Shown: positions 29,860 to 39,341 of the stretch, in pieces
Layout: each line of letters begins with the position of its first letter
How positions within the stretch are numbered: the stretch's first letter is position 1
Assembly (NCBI GenBank): GCA_964514595.1
Contig: CAZEQZ010000002.1
Location: 185,663-249,662, forward strand
DNA length: 64,000 nt
Direction of reading: 5' to 3'
Source of the DNA: an uncultured Candidatus Saccharibacteria bacterium
Lineage (GTDB): Bacteria; Patescibacteriota; Dojkabacteria; SC72
The notes under the pieces: model-generated
Told to the model about the DNA's origin: nothing
Databases searched by the model: none
Seen by the model: the letters and a program-made list of their open reading frames with translations, nothing else
Position numbers and translations under genes: made by a program

Positions 29860-31038
29860 CTATATTTTTACCAAGTATCTTGCACTTACCCACCCTACTA
29901 AATCAGCTCCATACTGTACCTGATACCAACCTTCCTCCTCCCCTAGTAAAATGAAGACAGTACCATCATCTGCACTGTCCAATATTTTACAACTTGACCA
30001 CCTACACTCTCTAATATTCACGAAATTATATGTCGGAGAAGATACTTCCACTAATTGCTTCTCTCCCCGAGAGATTTCAAATTTAACATCAAAAGAGGAT
30101 CCTTCAAATGGCTTTCCTTCAAACTTAAGCAATTCGAACGATTCAGTAGCTTCTCCTAATAAGACTCTTGCTTCCAATTCAAACTCCACCTCCACGGATT
30201 CTCCAGGTAGTATGTTCTTATCCGATACACTCACAGGCTTACTAAAACTTTCCCATTCCTGATTTATTGCAAAGCTACTCTCCTTCCCATCTTTTACAGA
30301 TATATATACTGGATCCCTGTCTGTGAACCAAATAAAGTCATTATTATTCTTAAATTTCACCTTCACCTTTAGCCTTTCTCCTATCTCCAATTGCTCTTCA
30401 TGCACCACCTCTTCTATTCTCGCTCGATATTCTAGGTTCTCCGCTTCATATCCTTCCCAGCCTGAAAGTACTTCCAATACTGAATTAGCAAACTCTCCAG
30501 ATATTTCCTCAGCTGTTATGGTAGATAGTTTTCCTTCTTCCTGGTTAATATTTAGCTTTACTACAGAAAGTTGAGATATTCCCCAATTAGAGGATATCTC
30601 CTCTACCATTTGATTTAAAGAATCGGTAGCCCTATTTGAAAGTATGGAGTTGTTTGACATATATCCTATTGTGACTGCACCTTCCACTTCTCTAAGCTCT
30701 GGATTAGCACCAACACCACCCTCTTTGCCTTGATATATTATCCCATTCTCATCAAGGAGGTATGTATATGGGAGGTCGGAGAAGTGTAGTCTGGTTATAC
30801 TGTAGTAGTAGAGAGTCTTAACCCATTTTGCAGGATCTCTAAGTAGTATGTCGGAATCTGTTGTTACTTGAGTTATGTATATCTTAACTGGATTACTGTA
30901 TATGGTATTAGACTTGTCTGATAGTGAAGTGTCAAATTTCTGACTTTGCGTTGAGTAGTATGAAAATGCCAAAGCAGATGTTGGCTTAAATAGTGCCAAA
31001 GTAAGAAGGAGTGTCAAAAAAAGAATTGTTTTCTTCAT
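29860..31038 (-). CDS. Secreted protein with a degenerate PGRP/amidase_2-like domain and C-terminal bacterial SH3 (SH3b) domain
   Basis: Signal peptide MKKTILFLTLLLTLALFKPTSALA. YTYLLDENGIIYQGKEGGVGAN...TIGYMSNN resembles the amidase_2 core, but the Zn-ligand His residues are replaced. The C-terminal GWYQVQYGADLVGWVSARYL is SH3b-like. Confidence 0.35.
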   Translation of the reverse strand: MKKTILFLTLLLTLALFKPTSALAFSYYSTQSQKFDTSLSDKSNTIYSNPVKIYITQVTTDSDILLRDPAKWVKTLYYYSITRLHFSDLPYTYLLDENGIIYQGKEGGVGANPELREVEGAVTIGYMSNNSILSNRATDSLNQMVEEISSNWGISQLSVVKLNINQEEGKLSTITAEEISGEFANSVLEVLSGWEGYEAENLEYRARIEEVVHEEQLEIGERLKVKVKFKNNNDFIWFTDRDPVYISVKDGKESSFAINQEWESFSKPVSVSDKNILPGESVEVEFELEARVLLGEATESFELLKFEGKPFEGSSFDVKFEISRGEKQLVEVSSPTYNFVNIRECRWSSCKILDSADDGTVFILLGEEEGWYQVQYGADLVGWVSARYLVKI

Positions 31039-31078
31039 TCTAGATATCTTATCAACTATTGTTGTAAATTTGAAGTGA

Positions 31079-32122
31079 TTATTCGGGTGCGGGATCTAGT
31101 AACTCTATCTCTTCTGTTTGCTTCTCTATTAAATATTCTGGATTTATACCACATAGATATACTTGTATTTCAGCAAGGTATGTACTTTTGGTAGAATCCA
31201 GCAGTTTTCCAGTTCCTGTTAATTTATACGCAGGGAAGACATATGAGTAATCATAGTTCATAAATACGTATAAATTATCTACGCCTTCAACTTCCAAAGA
31301 TGAGAGTCTAGCAGAAGAACGTACTAAAATATCTTGTTCCCAAAATCTTTCTTCCACAGAGTTTCTCATAAGGTGCATTGGATATTTTGTAAATTTGAGT
31401 ATCTCATCAACTGATATGGTAGGCATCTTCTGTATGGGAACCAATCCTCTCTCAACATCATGAAGAAGAATTGCAAGTGAATACATTCTATTATCCCCCT
31501 CAATACGAATTTCAAATGCATTTCCCTCTAGATATAAAGATCCATACTTAATACCATCCTTTACAAAGAATCCTTTATATAAGTATGAATTCTCGGACTG
31601 CTTCTTTGTCTCTAAAAGCTCTATCTTCTCAATATTAAAATATGTCTTTAAAAATATATCCAAGTCTTTTGCAGAATTAATTTTCATATCTAAGTTAAGT
31701 CCTGTTTGAGATGTAACATAAAATACTCCTGTGTCTTCATCGTATAAGAATGTGTCTGTTTCAAAGGTCTCGTATAATTGATTCTCGTTTGCAATATAAC
31801 GATCGTCCAAATCGTAGAAGTTCTTTATAAAGTTTCTTGCCACAGAGAGATCTGGCTTGTGTAGCTTATATACCATCTGATACTTATCGAATTCTGAGCT
31901 TTCTCCCTGGAGGTTTAATGTAAAATTATCGCTTAATTCCGCAAATGGACTCTCTATGGAGATTATCTCTCCTGCGGGGATATCTTCTTCAACCTTCTTT
32001 GATTTTAGAAAGATTATTGCAATAACAGATAAACCCAGAACAATTCCTATTATTATATACACACCGTAATTTTTTATTATTTTTTTTATTCTATCCATCT
32101 TATCTAGCAAATCCTTTAACAT
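31079..32122 (-). CDS. Bitopic membrane protein (N-terminal TM anchor, extracytoplasmic domain of about 300 aa), unknown function
   Basis: The single hydrophobic helix VYIIIGIVLGLSVIAIIFL follows a basic N-terminus. No catalytic motif was recognised. Confidence 0.4.
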   Translation of the reverse strand: MLKDLLDKMDRIKKIIKNYGVYIIIGIVLGLSVIAIIFLKSKKVEEDIPAGEIISIESPFAELSDNFTLNLQGESSEFDKYQMVYKLHKPDLSVARNFIKNFYDLDDRYIANENQLYETFETDTFLYDEDTGVFYVTSQTGLNLDMKINSAKDLDIFLKTYFNIEKIELLETKKQSENSYLYKGFFVKDGIKYGSLYLEGNAFEIRIEGDNRMYSLAILLHDVERGLVPIQKMPTISVDEILKFTKYPMHLMRNSVEERFWEQDILVRSSARLSSLEVEGVDNLYVFMNYDYSYVFPAYKLTGTGKLLDSTKSTYLAEIQVYLCGINPEYLIEKQTEEIELLDPAPE

Positions 32123-34649
32123 AACTCTTTATCTCAGAATCTAGTTTAGCTGTGCCCGAACTAGAAATACCTTTAGACCAATCTTCCAAGGTCTGTTGAT
32201 CATATCCTCTAGATAACATTGCATCCCTAATCTGTGTTCCAGATTTCACACCATCTATCGTATGAAATTTATATCCTCCATAATTTCCAGAGATTATCTC
32301 AGCTCCCACTTCCATTCCTAGAGGATTTCCATTTAACCCTCCGCTTCTATACTGTACTAGGTGCGTAACCTCATGGACCATGAGACCTTGGAAGTATGAT
32401 AATCCCGCAGAACCCGCCTTTGAAGAATTACATATTATTCCATTATACCTAGCTACACACCAAGCCCATTCACTATACGTACTAGAGAATGTTCCATCAT
32501 CCACAAAGGTCAAAGAAACTCCACTGAGTCCAAATCTTTCTAGGATACTATCGAAGATTTCTTGATAATCGCCTCCCAATAGTTGCCCTATCATATCCTC
32601 CTTCCCTACGGGAGTCCCCGTGGGATCTATTTCATCTATCATATCAGGAGCACCACATGATACTACTTCAAATGGAGCTACATGAGAATGTACCCCCAAA
32701 AGAGAGCTCCCGAATATGATGACAAATCCCGCAAGAGCAACTATTCCCGCTAGGAAATAAACCAAACCCTCCACACCTATCTTAATAGCGTGAGCACTCA
32801 TCTTCATTAAAGGTTGGGATAGTTTGTATACTAACTCAGAAGCAAGGAAACTAATTAATCCTGCGATAGGAGTTCCTACAACCCCAAGTGCAGACGAAAT
32901 TGCTGTAGTGATACCTTTAACTAAGGTTTGTACCCCTCCTTTCAACATCCAATCCTTTACTAAGGCAACTGCTACCGAATTTTTTATACCCAACAATAGT
33001 ACTTTTCCTACAGCATTTCTAACATGAGAAAGAACATGTTTATTTATTAATCCATCTATTTTATCCCTAATTCTTGATATTGTTCCAAATGTCTTATACA
33101 GGTTAGACAACCTCGCATCTTTTTTTAGAAATTTATCTATCATCTCCATTTGTTGAGTAGATACTCTTCCTGCCAAACTTCGTACATATGCATCATCTCC
33201 CTTCTCTAATTCTGCAAGAAATCTAGTCCAATCGAAATTCGATATCTCTCCTAAAATTTGTTTCTTAAACTTTTCCTGCGATCTATACGCTAGATATCCA
33301 AAGCCCTCTCCATCTATCAATGTCTTAACCCAAGCAGCCGGAGAAAGGTAGTAGACAGAATTCATTTTATCGAAGTATGCCTGCTGGAATCGATTAGTTG
33401 CTTCTTTTGCTGCATGGATCTTCAAACTATGCCCCCTTCTTGTAAATGCTTGCTCTTTAGATGGTTGTAACCAATTAATTTGATTATATTTATCTGCAAA
33501 GAATTTCCCGTTAAGAATATTCCCCATAAGGTTTCCGTCTATAAACAAATCTTTTGCAGAATAATACATTCCTTCCCATTGACCTAATTGCCCTGCAAAA
33601 TCTTCGAATCTAGACATTCTGATATCACCCTGTATGCTTCTCATTGAATTTTTTAGTTCCCTTATCTTCACATGCTTGTCTGGGTCGTTACTTCTTTGTA
33701 GTTGAGATATTGCATTAGAGATACTATTTAAATCTCCCTCTAATTTGTTTCTAAATGCTCTTGCAGCTGTTTGATCATATACATTGGCTACAACATCACT
33801 GGCTCTTTGATATTTCTCTGCCTTATCCATATCCCCCGCCATTCTTGCATCTACTGATTTTTTAGAAAGGTTAGCCTTTTCTAAGACGGTATATAGTTCA
33901 CGATTAACAAGTAATTCGTCTCTTATTTTTTCAAAGTTATTATTACTCAAGTGGGTGGAGTAGCTTTGTCTCCATTTTCTATATTGGTTCCACTTCATAT
34001 CCGCCTGTGCATCCCCTAGAGTACCACCGAACATATTTCTAAACTCCTGTCTTGTGAATTCCCTACTATTAGGATCTAGGTATCTTTGTGCTAATTTCTC
34101 ATTTCTGTATGTCACACCAAAGGTGTCGTATTGAGTTCTCATACCTATTGGTTTTTTTGTAAACTCATCTACTTTACCCCCTCTTCCTGCTGCAACCATT
34201 GCTTCTTGAGTATCCTTATCCAATCCATATTTCTTTGCCCACATGTATCCAACTATACCTCTCATTTCCTCCCCTGCCCAAGCTATTCGTTGCTGTTTTC
34301 TAATACCCTCTATCTTCTTGTATTGAGCATCTATGTATGTGCTCGGATTTTCCATCAACTTTTTCAGCTCTCCAAGATTGAACTTGATATTATCTGGAAC
34401 TCTCTTTCCTACACTTACGGTACCCACATCCACATCGAAGGCGTTATTGAAGGCCTCCATTGTCGTCTTATTTACATATAGGAGGGGATTTTCTAGTACA
34501 GCAGTTAAAGCATCAACCATTTCAGAGGAACCATCTACACCAGTGACCTTAACTGGCTTAACTTTATTGGGAGGCTTTTGGGACTCTTCAAATATGAAAT
34601 CAAAAACCGATCCCAGGGCATCTTCGTATTGCTTCTTTTGCTGTGGCAT
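32100..34649 (-). CDS. Large (849 aa) protein: soluble N-terminal region of about 640 aa, cluster of TM helices, C-terminal HExxH zincin-like domain
   Basis: No signal peptide. Hydrophobic helices around residues 640-730 (GLISFLASELVY, LVYFLAGIVALAGFVIIFGSSLL). Motif GLMVHEVTHLVQY with a downstream Glu (GMEVGAE) near the C-terminus. Confidence 0.45.
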   Translation of the reverse strand: MPQQKKQYEDALGSVFDFIFEESQKPPNKVKPVKVTGVDGSSEMVDALTAVLENPLLYVNKTTMEAFNNAFDVDVGTVSVGKRVPDNIKFNLGELKKLMENPSTYIDAQYKKIEGIRKQQRIAWAGEEMRGIVGYMWAKKYGLDKDTQEAMVAAGRGGKVDEFTKKPIGMRTQYDTFGVTYRNEKLAQRYLDPNSREFTRQEFRNMFGGTLGDAQADMKWNQYRKWRQSYSTHLSNNNFEKIRDELLVNRELYTVLEKANLSKKSVDARMAGDMDKAEKYQRASDVVANVYDQTAARAFRNKLEGDLNSISNAISQLQRSNDPDKHVKIRELKNSMRSIQGDIRMSRFEDFAGQLGQWEGMYYSAKDLFIDGNLMGNILNGKFFADKYNQINWLQPSKEQAFTRRGHSLKIHAAKEATNRFQQAYFDKMNSVYYLSPAAWVKTLIDGEGFGYLAYRSQEKFKKQILGEISNFDWTRFLAELEKGDDAYVRSLAGRVSTQQMEMIDKFLKKDARLSNLYKTFGTISRIRDKIDGLINKHVLSHVRNAVGKVLLLGIKNSVAVALVKDWMLKGGVQTLVKGITTAISSALGVVGTPIAGLISFLASELVYKLSQPLMKMSAHAIKIGVEGLVYFLAGIVALAGFVIIFGSSLLGVHSHVAPFEVVSCGAPDMIDEIDPTGTPVGKEDMIGQLLGGDYQEIFDSILERFGLSGVSLTFVDDGTFSSTYSEWAWCVARYNGIICNSSKAGSAGLSYFQGLMVHEVTHLVQYRSGGLNGNPLGMEVGAEIISGNYGGYKFHTIDGVKSGTQIRDAMLSRGYDQQTLEDWSKGISSSGTAKLDSEIKSYVKGFAR

Positions 34650-34662
34650 AGATATTTAAAAA

Positions 34663-35970
34663 CTATTTAAACATACTTCCAACAAATGGAACTTTTCCAA
34701 ATCCTTCCTTAATTGCCGCAGCTGCATCTGCACCACTCTTGGATGCTGTGGGAGGAATTATTGCTTTTGCCAAGGCAGGAGCTTGAACTGCAGCATAGAT
34801 AGCTATTAATTTTGCTAAAGCGATTAGCATAGGGCCCATATCTCCTATGCTTGCCTGATCACCTGTAAGAGATTTAGGAAAATCTATTGATATGTTTTTT
34901 GTTTCTAGATAGAAGGGTATGTTAACTATGGCAAATGCTATTGGAAAGACTAGGGCATTACGAAATATTGATTTAAATATATTAACTATACTAGCATCAT
35001 TTCCTGGTAAGGAGCCTAACATTATTGATAATGGAGCAACTATCACATTCAACAGTATAGCTAAGTATGATTTAACTAATGTAATCCAAAGCTTTATTGC
35101 TCCAACTAAGGCCGCTCCAGCAATAATTATTCCCAATATAATGGGGATTAATCCGGCTACCGCATTCAGTGTTGCTAACCCCAAGACTATTCCAACTAGA
35201 GATATTGAGGAACCTGTCTGAGCTCCTCCACTCCAAGTTACTGCCCAAATATCATGTATTGGGACCCCACTTCCTAGAAGACTTTTTATTACTGTCATAA
35301 GGACACCGCATATGTCAATAATTACTCCCGCTATGGCAAAACTAAAGGTTACCAAGACTAATGATATTACAACCCTTGGAAGTGTATTACCTAATGTTAC
35401 CAAGGTCTGACCTCCCAGTTTACTTCTAAACATTATCATAAAGCCTACTGCAATCATCACTACAACAAAGGCAAGGTACGCTATATTTCTTGTAAAGGAC
35501 CATATTTCATCAACACCGGTACTCCTAATATCATCATAACCTGAAGCATATATAGATTGTGTCTCTTTATATCCTGGAACCCATTCCCTTGAGAGATGTG
35601 CTATGACATCAATCCTTGGTTGAGAATCAAACATGGCTGTAACTTGACGTTCAGCGGTACCTAATAAACCGTATTTCATCTGATCAGGATAATTTCCTGT
35701 TTGTATCCTAGGATTCGCTTCCGTACACTCTGGACAAAGTATAGCAAGTATGAATTCTCCTATTCCCGTAATGATTTTCCCTACAAACTGGGCTATACTT
35801 TCCCCTACAAAGCCAGTCAGATCTCCAACAAAGGAAACTATATGTTCCCATGTGGTCTTTGTGTCTATGGGTTCACCTAGCGTATCTTGGGCCAGTATAG
35901 GGGAACTTAAGCTTGTGATGAATACAAATAGTGTGGTCATCAATACAACAATTATCCTAAGAGCTTTCAT
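34663..35970 (-). CDS. Polytopic membrane protein, TrbL/VirB6-like topology (signal peptide, extracytoplasmic loop with a Cys pair, about 6 TM helices, Ala-rich C-terminus)
   Basis: Hydropathy pattern. CPECTEANP loop. TM-rich Gly/Ala/Ile core. The family assignment is by architecture only. Confidence 0.35.
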   Translation of the reverse strand: MKALRIIVVLMTTLFVFITSLSSPILAQDTLGEPIDTKTTWEHIVSFVGDLTGFVGESIAQFVGKIITGIGEFILAILCPECTEANPRIQTGNYPDQMKYGLLGTAERQVTAMFDSQPRIDVIAHLSREWVPGYKETQSIYASGYDDIRSTGVDEIWSFTRNIAYLAFVVVMIAVGFMIMFRSKLGGQTLVTLGNTLPRVVISLVLVTFSFAIAGVIIDICGVLMTVIKSLLGSGVPIHDIWAVTWSGGAQTGSSISLVGIVLGLATLNAVAGLIPIILGIIIAGAALVGAIKLWITLVKSYLAILLNVIVAPLSIMLGSLPGNDASIVNIFKSIFRNALVFPIAFAIVNIPFYLETKNISIDFPKSLTGDQASIGDMGPMLIALAKLIAIYAAVQAPALAKAIIPPTASKSGADAAAAIKEGFGKVPFVGSMFK

Positions 35971-35997
35971 ATTTTTATATAATTAAATTTAAAGATA

Positions 35998-37440
35998 TTA
36001 TATTAACAAATAATGCTTTGCTGATTCTCTGTTTAATTCCAAAACTTCATTCCAATACTCTATAAACGTTGGAATAAAGTCTTCTTGACCAGGAGCCTTG
36101 TCTTTAGCCTGCATTCTATAATTCATTAGGAAAGGTGTCGCATCCCATAGACACCACACATCAAATTCTCCTGTTGCTCCATTATCATAAGTTGCTATAC
36201 CACTACATTGTGTAGCTACATAGAACATTAAACTATCTTCAATATTATTAGAGACCTCCTTCTTAGAGGCTGTTTGAAAAGGAGCCTGTGTAGCAAGGTA
36301 TGTGTATGTCATAAAAGCATTAGAACATATACCATTATTACAATCATATGTGTTCCCAAATATTGGTGTCATTTCTACCATGAGACCCCTAGATCTAGGA
36401 CATTTCTCACGCTTAATAGATTTATTCCCCTCTTCATCTATAATTTCAACACCATCTTCATCACAGTAGTCCCATTGATTGGAGCTAAACGTTTGTCTAA
36501 AAAGACCCTTGAAGCGTGTATATATTGATCTTTGGTCACACGCCTTCCATACCCCATCATTAGTACCTAAAAAAGTAACACTAACACTACTCAAACACTC
36601 CGCTTCTCGTTGATAATCATAATTATCTCCTCCTGGGATTTGCTGTCTCGTAAAGCCACCCCCGCTATCTCCCCTCAGATTACTAGCCCCAACGTTGAAA
36701 TCGCTTGTACTAACCTCACGAGGACAGTTACACGCGGGATCATTTTCCGCATTATCTATGTTATATCTTCCATCTCTCTTTTCCTGCTCCTGATTAGCAG
36801 AGACAGTTAATTGACCAGTAACTTCAAATGCCTGTCTTTCAGTAGCTGGCAACTCTTTCACGAAGGCATCGGACTGATATGGAGCCATAGTCTTTTCCAC
36901 TATCGCACCTTCCCACTCTCCACTAGAAGAATACGACGGATCATCCACTCTAATCTGTCTGTTACTATCCTTCATAGTATATGGACCTAACCAGAGAGCG
37001 AGAGGATATGTGACCATAGTAAGTTCAAAATCAACTATATTTTCCACCTCAACTTCATCTCCGGAGAATCCCACAGGATCACCTCCATAATTAGGAACTT
37101 CATAGTGAATCTGTGCACCACCAGATGAGCAAAGCCTTCTCTCCAAATCTACAATATTAGCAGGTTGTCTACACAAAGATGATATCTCTCCCTTAACCTC
37201 TCCTCCCTCTGCATACTCGGTAGCGTTACTATCTTCCAAAAATACATACTCTACATTCTCTGTTACTATATTTTCTTCCCTACTAGGAGAGCATGTTGAG
37301 CACTGTTGCGCATCTTTATTCAACCACCTCCCATCGAACGAAACCTTTATACTTTTAGCTAGGTATACTGAGAAAAGAGCAAAGAATAGCATGCCTAAAA
37401 GAAACAAGATCCCATTTTTCCTACTATTTTTTATACTCAT
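35998..37440 (-). CDS. Secreted cysteine-rich protein (480 aa, about 17 Cys)
   Basis: N-terminal signal anchor (ILFLLGMLFFALFSVYLA). Cys clusters (CSTCSP, PACNCPRE, DYCDEDG, YDCNNGICSN). No known catalytic motif. Confidence 0.4.
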   Translation of the reverse strand: MSIKNSRKNGILFLLGMLFFALFSVYLAKSIKVSFDGRWLNKDAQQCSTCSPSREENIVTENVEYVFLEDSNATEYAEGGEVKGEISSLCRQPANIVDLERRLCSSGGAQIHYEVPNYGGDPVGFSGDEVEVENIVDFELTMVTYPLALWLGPYTMKDSNRQIRVDDPSYSSSGEWEGAIVEKTMAPYQSDAFVKELPATERQAFEVTGQLTVSANQEQEKRDGRYNIDNAENDPACNCPREVSTSDFNVGASNLRGDSGGGFTRQQIPGGDNYDYQREAECLSSVSVTFLGTNDGVWKACDQRSIYTRFKGLFRQTFSSNQWDYCDEDGVEIIDEEGNKSIKREKCPRSRGLMVEMTPIFGNTYDCNNGICSNAFMTYTYLATQAPFQTASKKEVSNNIEDSLMFYVATQCSGIATYDNGATGEFDVWCLWDATPFLMNYRMQAKDKAPGQEDFIPTFIEYWNEVLELNRESAKHYLLI

Positions 37441-39293
37441 AATGCTCTAATCATTTTACCCCCTTTCCTTTGTCTTGTCACACTTCCTTTATATGTGACT
37501 ACCCCTATAGAGATAAGGGCAAAGGAAAGCAATATTAAGTATACTACATTATCCAATATTCCTGTTTTTGGAGTTTCTATCCCCGAATCTACTTCATACT
37601 CTGAATCGTCTGGAGTAACTACTAAATCAGGATTTACACCCGTACTATGTCCTAAGATTCCGTAGTTCTGAAGTAGCTCTACCCTTGTATACCCCACTCC
37701 TGAGCTAGAATTCCCCTCTACGGATATTTCAACATCCCTATCACTTATGCCTTGCATTTTCTCTGTATGTGTACTTGCTGAGAATGTTGTTACCAAATTT
37801 ACATTAAGCGAATCTTCAGACGTATACTCAAAGTATGAGGTACCGTCCTGAACTCTACTTTCGGCTATTGATAGTATCCATTTACCATTCTCATCAACTA
37901 GGGTAGAGAGTTTTAGACTTTCTCCCTTACTTCCTGCACCATCTTCATCCTTAATATGTACCGTAACTACTACTTCCTTATGCTCTGGCATACCATCTAT
38001 CACTCCAGTCACAGATTCGAATGGTGGAGGAGATGTAAGTGTAGAGAAAGTTTTCACTACATATTTATTCCCCCCATTATCGTATTTATTATCCCCTGAT
38101 TCTATCTCAAAGAAATACTCAGTATCTGGTTGTAGTCTACTTAGAACTACAGAGTGGATATAGTAGTTACTTTTTGTTGTAAGGCCATCTCTTTCATCAG
38201 TAGCTTGACTAGACAAAGAATCACGGGAAGTTCCATAGTTAATATGACCTTTCTCTTTATTCTCTGATATCCAAAGAACCGTAAAGCCTGTGTCTGTTAG
38301 GTTTGTTGTTTGCACACTTGCAGCACCAGACACACCCGAGACTGCTGATCCATCTCCCGTGACCATATCTATCCATTGCAAATTATGTACTATCCTAAAT
38401 ACTCTTCCTGTGTTTCCAGTTGGAGTATCATCTGTCTCCTGGGCTGGAGGGGTTGTCGGAGTTGTTGGCGTTGTCGGTTGTGTGGGCTCTTCTGGTTCTG
38501 CTACAAATGCCTCCAACATAGATACAGGAGGAAAGTCGTTGTATAGAGAGGAATTATCGCCAATTGTTAAGGCATACACATCCTTCAATTTACCACTGCT
38601 ATCAAATAGTTCGGAGTATGTACCTTCCTGTACTGCACCTTTATTAGGACCGGAGATAGCAACAAGAACTATGTTAGTAGAATTGGTAACTACAATAGGG
38701 GTCTTATTGGCAATACTTCTAAATGCAGAGAGGTCTATAACCCAATTACCTCCTGTGGGAATGGTGGTTGATACAGGATACGCAGATTTATCTTTAAGAA
38801 GGGCATATATTATTACATCGTCTCCCACTACCCCCTTAATTCCTCCATGTATGGGATTGGGAGTTGCAGACGTCTCTGTTATTGGAGCAGTTTTGAATGC
38901 AAAGTTTTTGTTTCCTTCACTACGATACTTCTCTCTATCCGATACTATTACAAATTCGTATTGAGTATTTGGATCTAAGTCTTCAATATCGATATGGTGC
39001 GTGTATCTTCTTCTATTACCTCTTTTTGTATCAACAATGGGACTTTTTTCTATTCCATTTTGGATAGGTATTACAGAACCAAATGACTGTACATCTGTGA
39101 CCCAGCTTACGGTAACGGCACTTGTAGTTAATTTACTAATAACAACATTACGAGGTTGTGCCTCTGCTGACGCTCTCGTTATGAGTTGGTATGCTTGGTA
39201 TGATGCAAAAACTACCAAAGGTATTCCTATTAACAGTATCCCTATTATCGTGAGATCTCTTCTTCTTTTACTAGGTACAGTAGCTATTCTCAT
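37437..39293 (-). CDS. Cell-surface protein: N-terminal TM, two purple-acid-phosphatase-N-type fibronectin-III-like domains, Pro/Thr linker, C-terminal TM anchor with basic tail
   Basis: VVISKLTTSAVTVSWVTD...YTHHIDIEDLDPNTQYEFVI and FTVLWISENKEKGHINYG...YYIHSVVLSRLQPDTEYFFEI. PTQPTTPTTPTTPP linker. The C-terminal ETPKTG + LILLSFALISIGVV + RQRKGGK. Confidence 0.5.
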   Translation of the reverse strand: MRIATVPSKRRRDLTIIGILLIGIPLVVFASYQAYQLITRASAEAQPRNVVISKLTTSAVTVSWVTDVQSFGSVIPIQNGIEKSPIVDTKRGNRRRYTHHIDIEDLDPNTQYEFVIVSDREKYRSEGNKNFAFKTAPITETSATPNPIHGGIKGVVGDDVIIYALLKDKSAYPVSTTIPTGGNWVIDLSAFRSIANKTPIVVTNSTNIVLVAISGPNKGAVQEGTYSELFDSSGKLKDVYALTIGDNSSLYNDFPPVSMLEAFVAEPEEPTQPTTPTTPTTPPAQETDDTPTGNTGRVFRIVHNLQWIDMVTGDGSAVSGVSGAASVQTTNLTDTGFTVLWISENKEKGHINYGTSRDSLSSQATDERDGLTTKSNYYIHSVVLSRLQPDTEYFFEIESGDNKYDNGGNKYVVKTFSTLTSPPPFESVTGVIDGMPEHKEVVVTVHIKDEDGAGSKGESLKLSTLVDENGKWILSIAESRVQDGTSYFEYTSEDSLNVNLVTTFSASTHTEKMQGISDRDVEISVEGNSSSGVGYTRVELLQNYGILGHSTGVNPDLVVTPDDSEYEVDSGIETPKTGILDNVVYLILLSFALISIGVVTYKGSVTRQRKGGKMIRAL

Positions 39294-39341
39294 TAATGAT
39301 TATGATACCTGTAATAAGGCTAGAAAACAATCTATGTATTA

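Noticed and set aside
38440-38500. Short 9-nt tandem repeats (GGTTGTCGG-like) that look periodic
   Set aside because: They encode the PTTPTTPTTP linker of the 618-aa surface protein. This is coding low-complexity, not a CRISPR array or non-coding repeat. No CRISPR repeats or cas genes were seen anywhere in the window.
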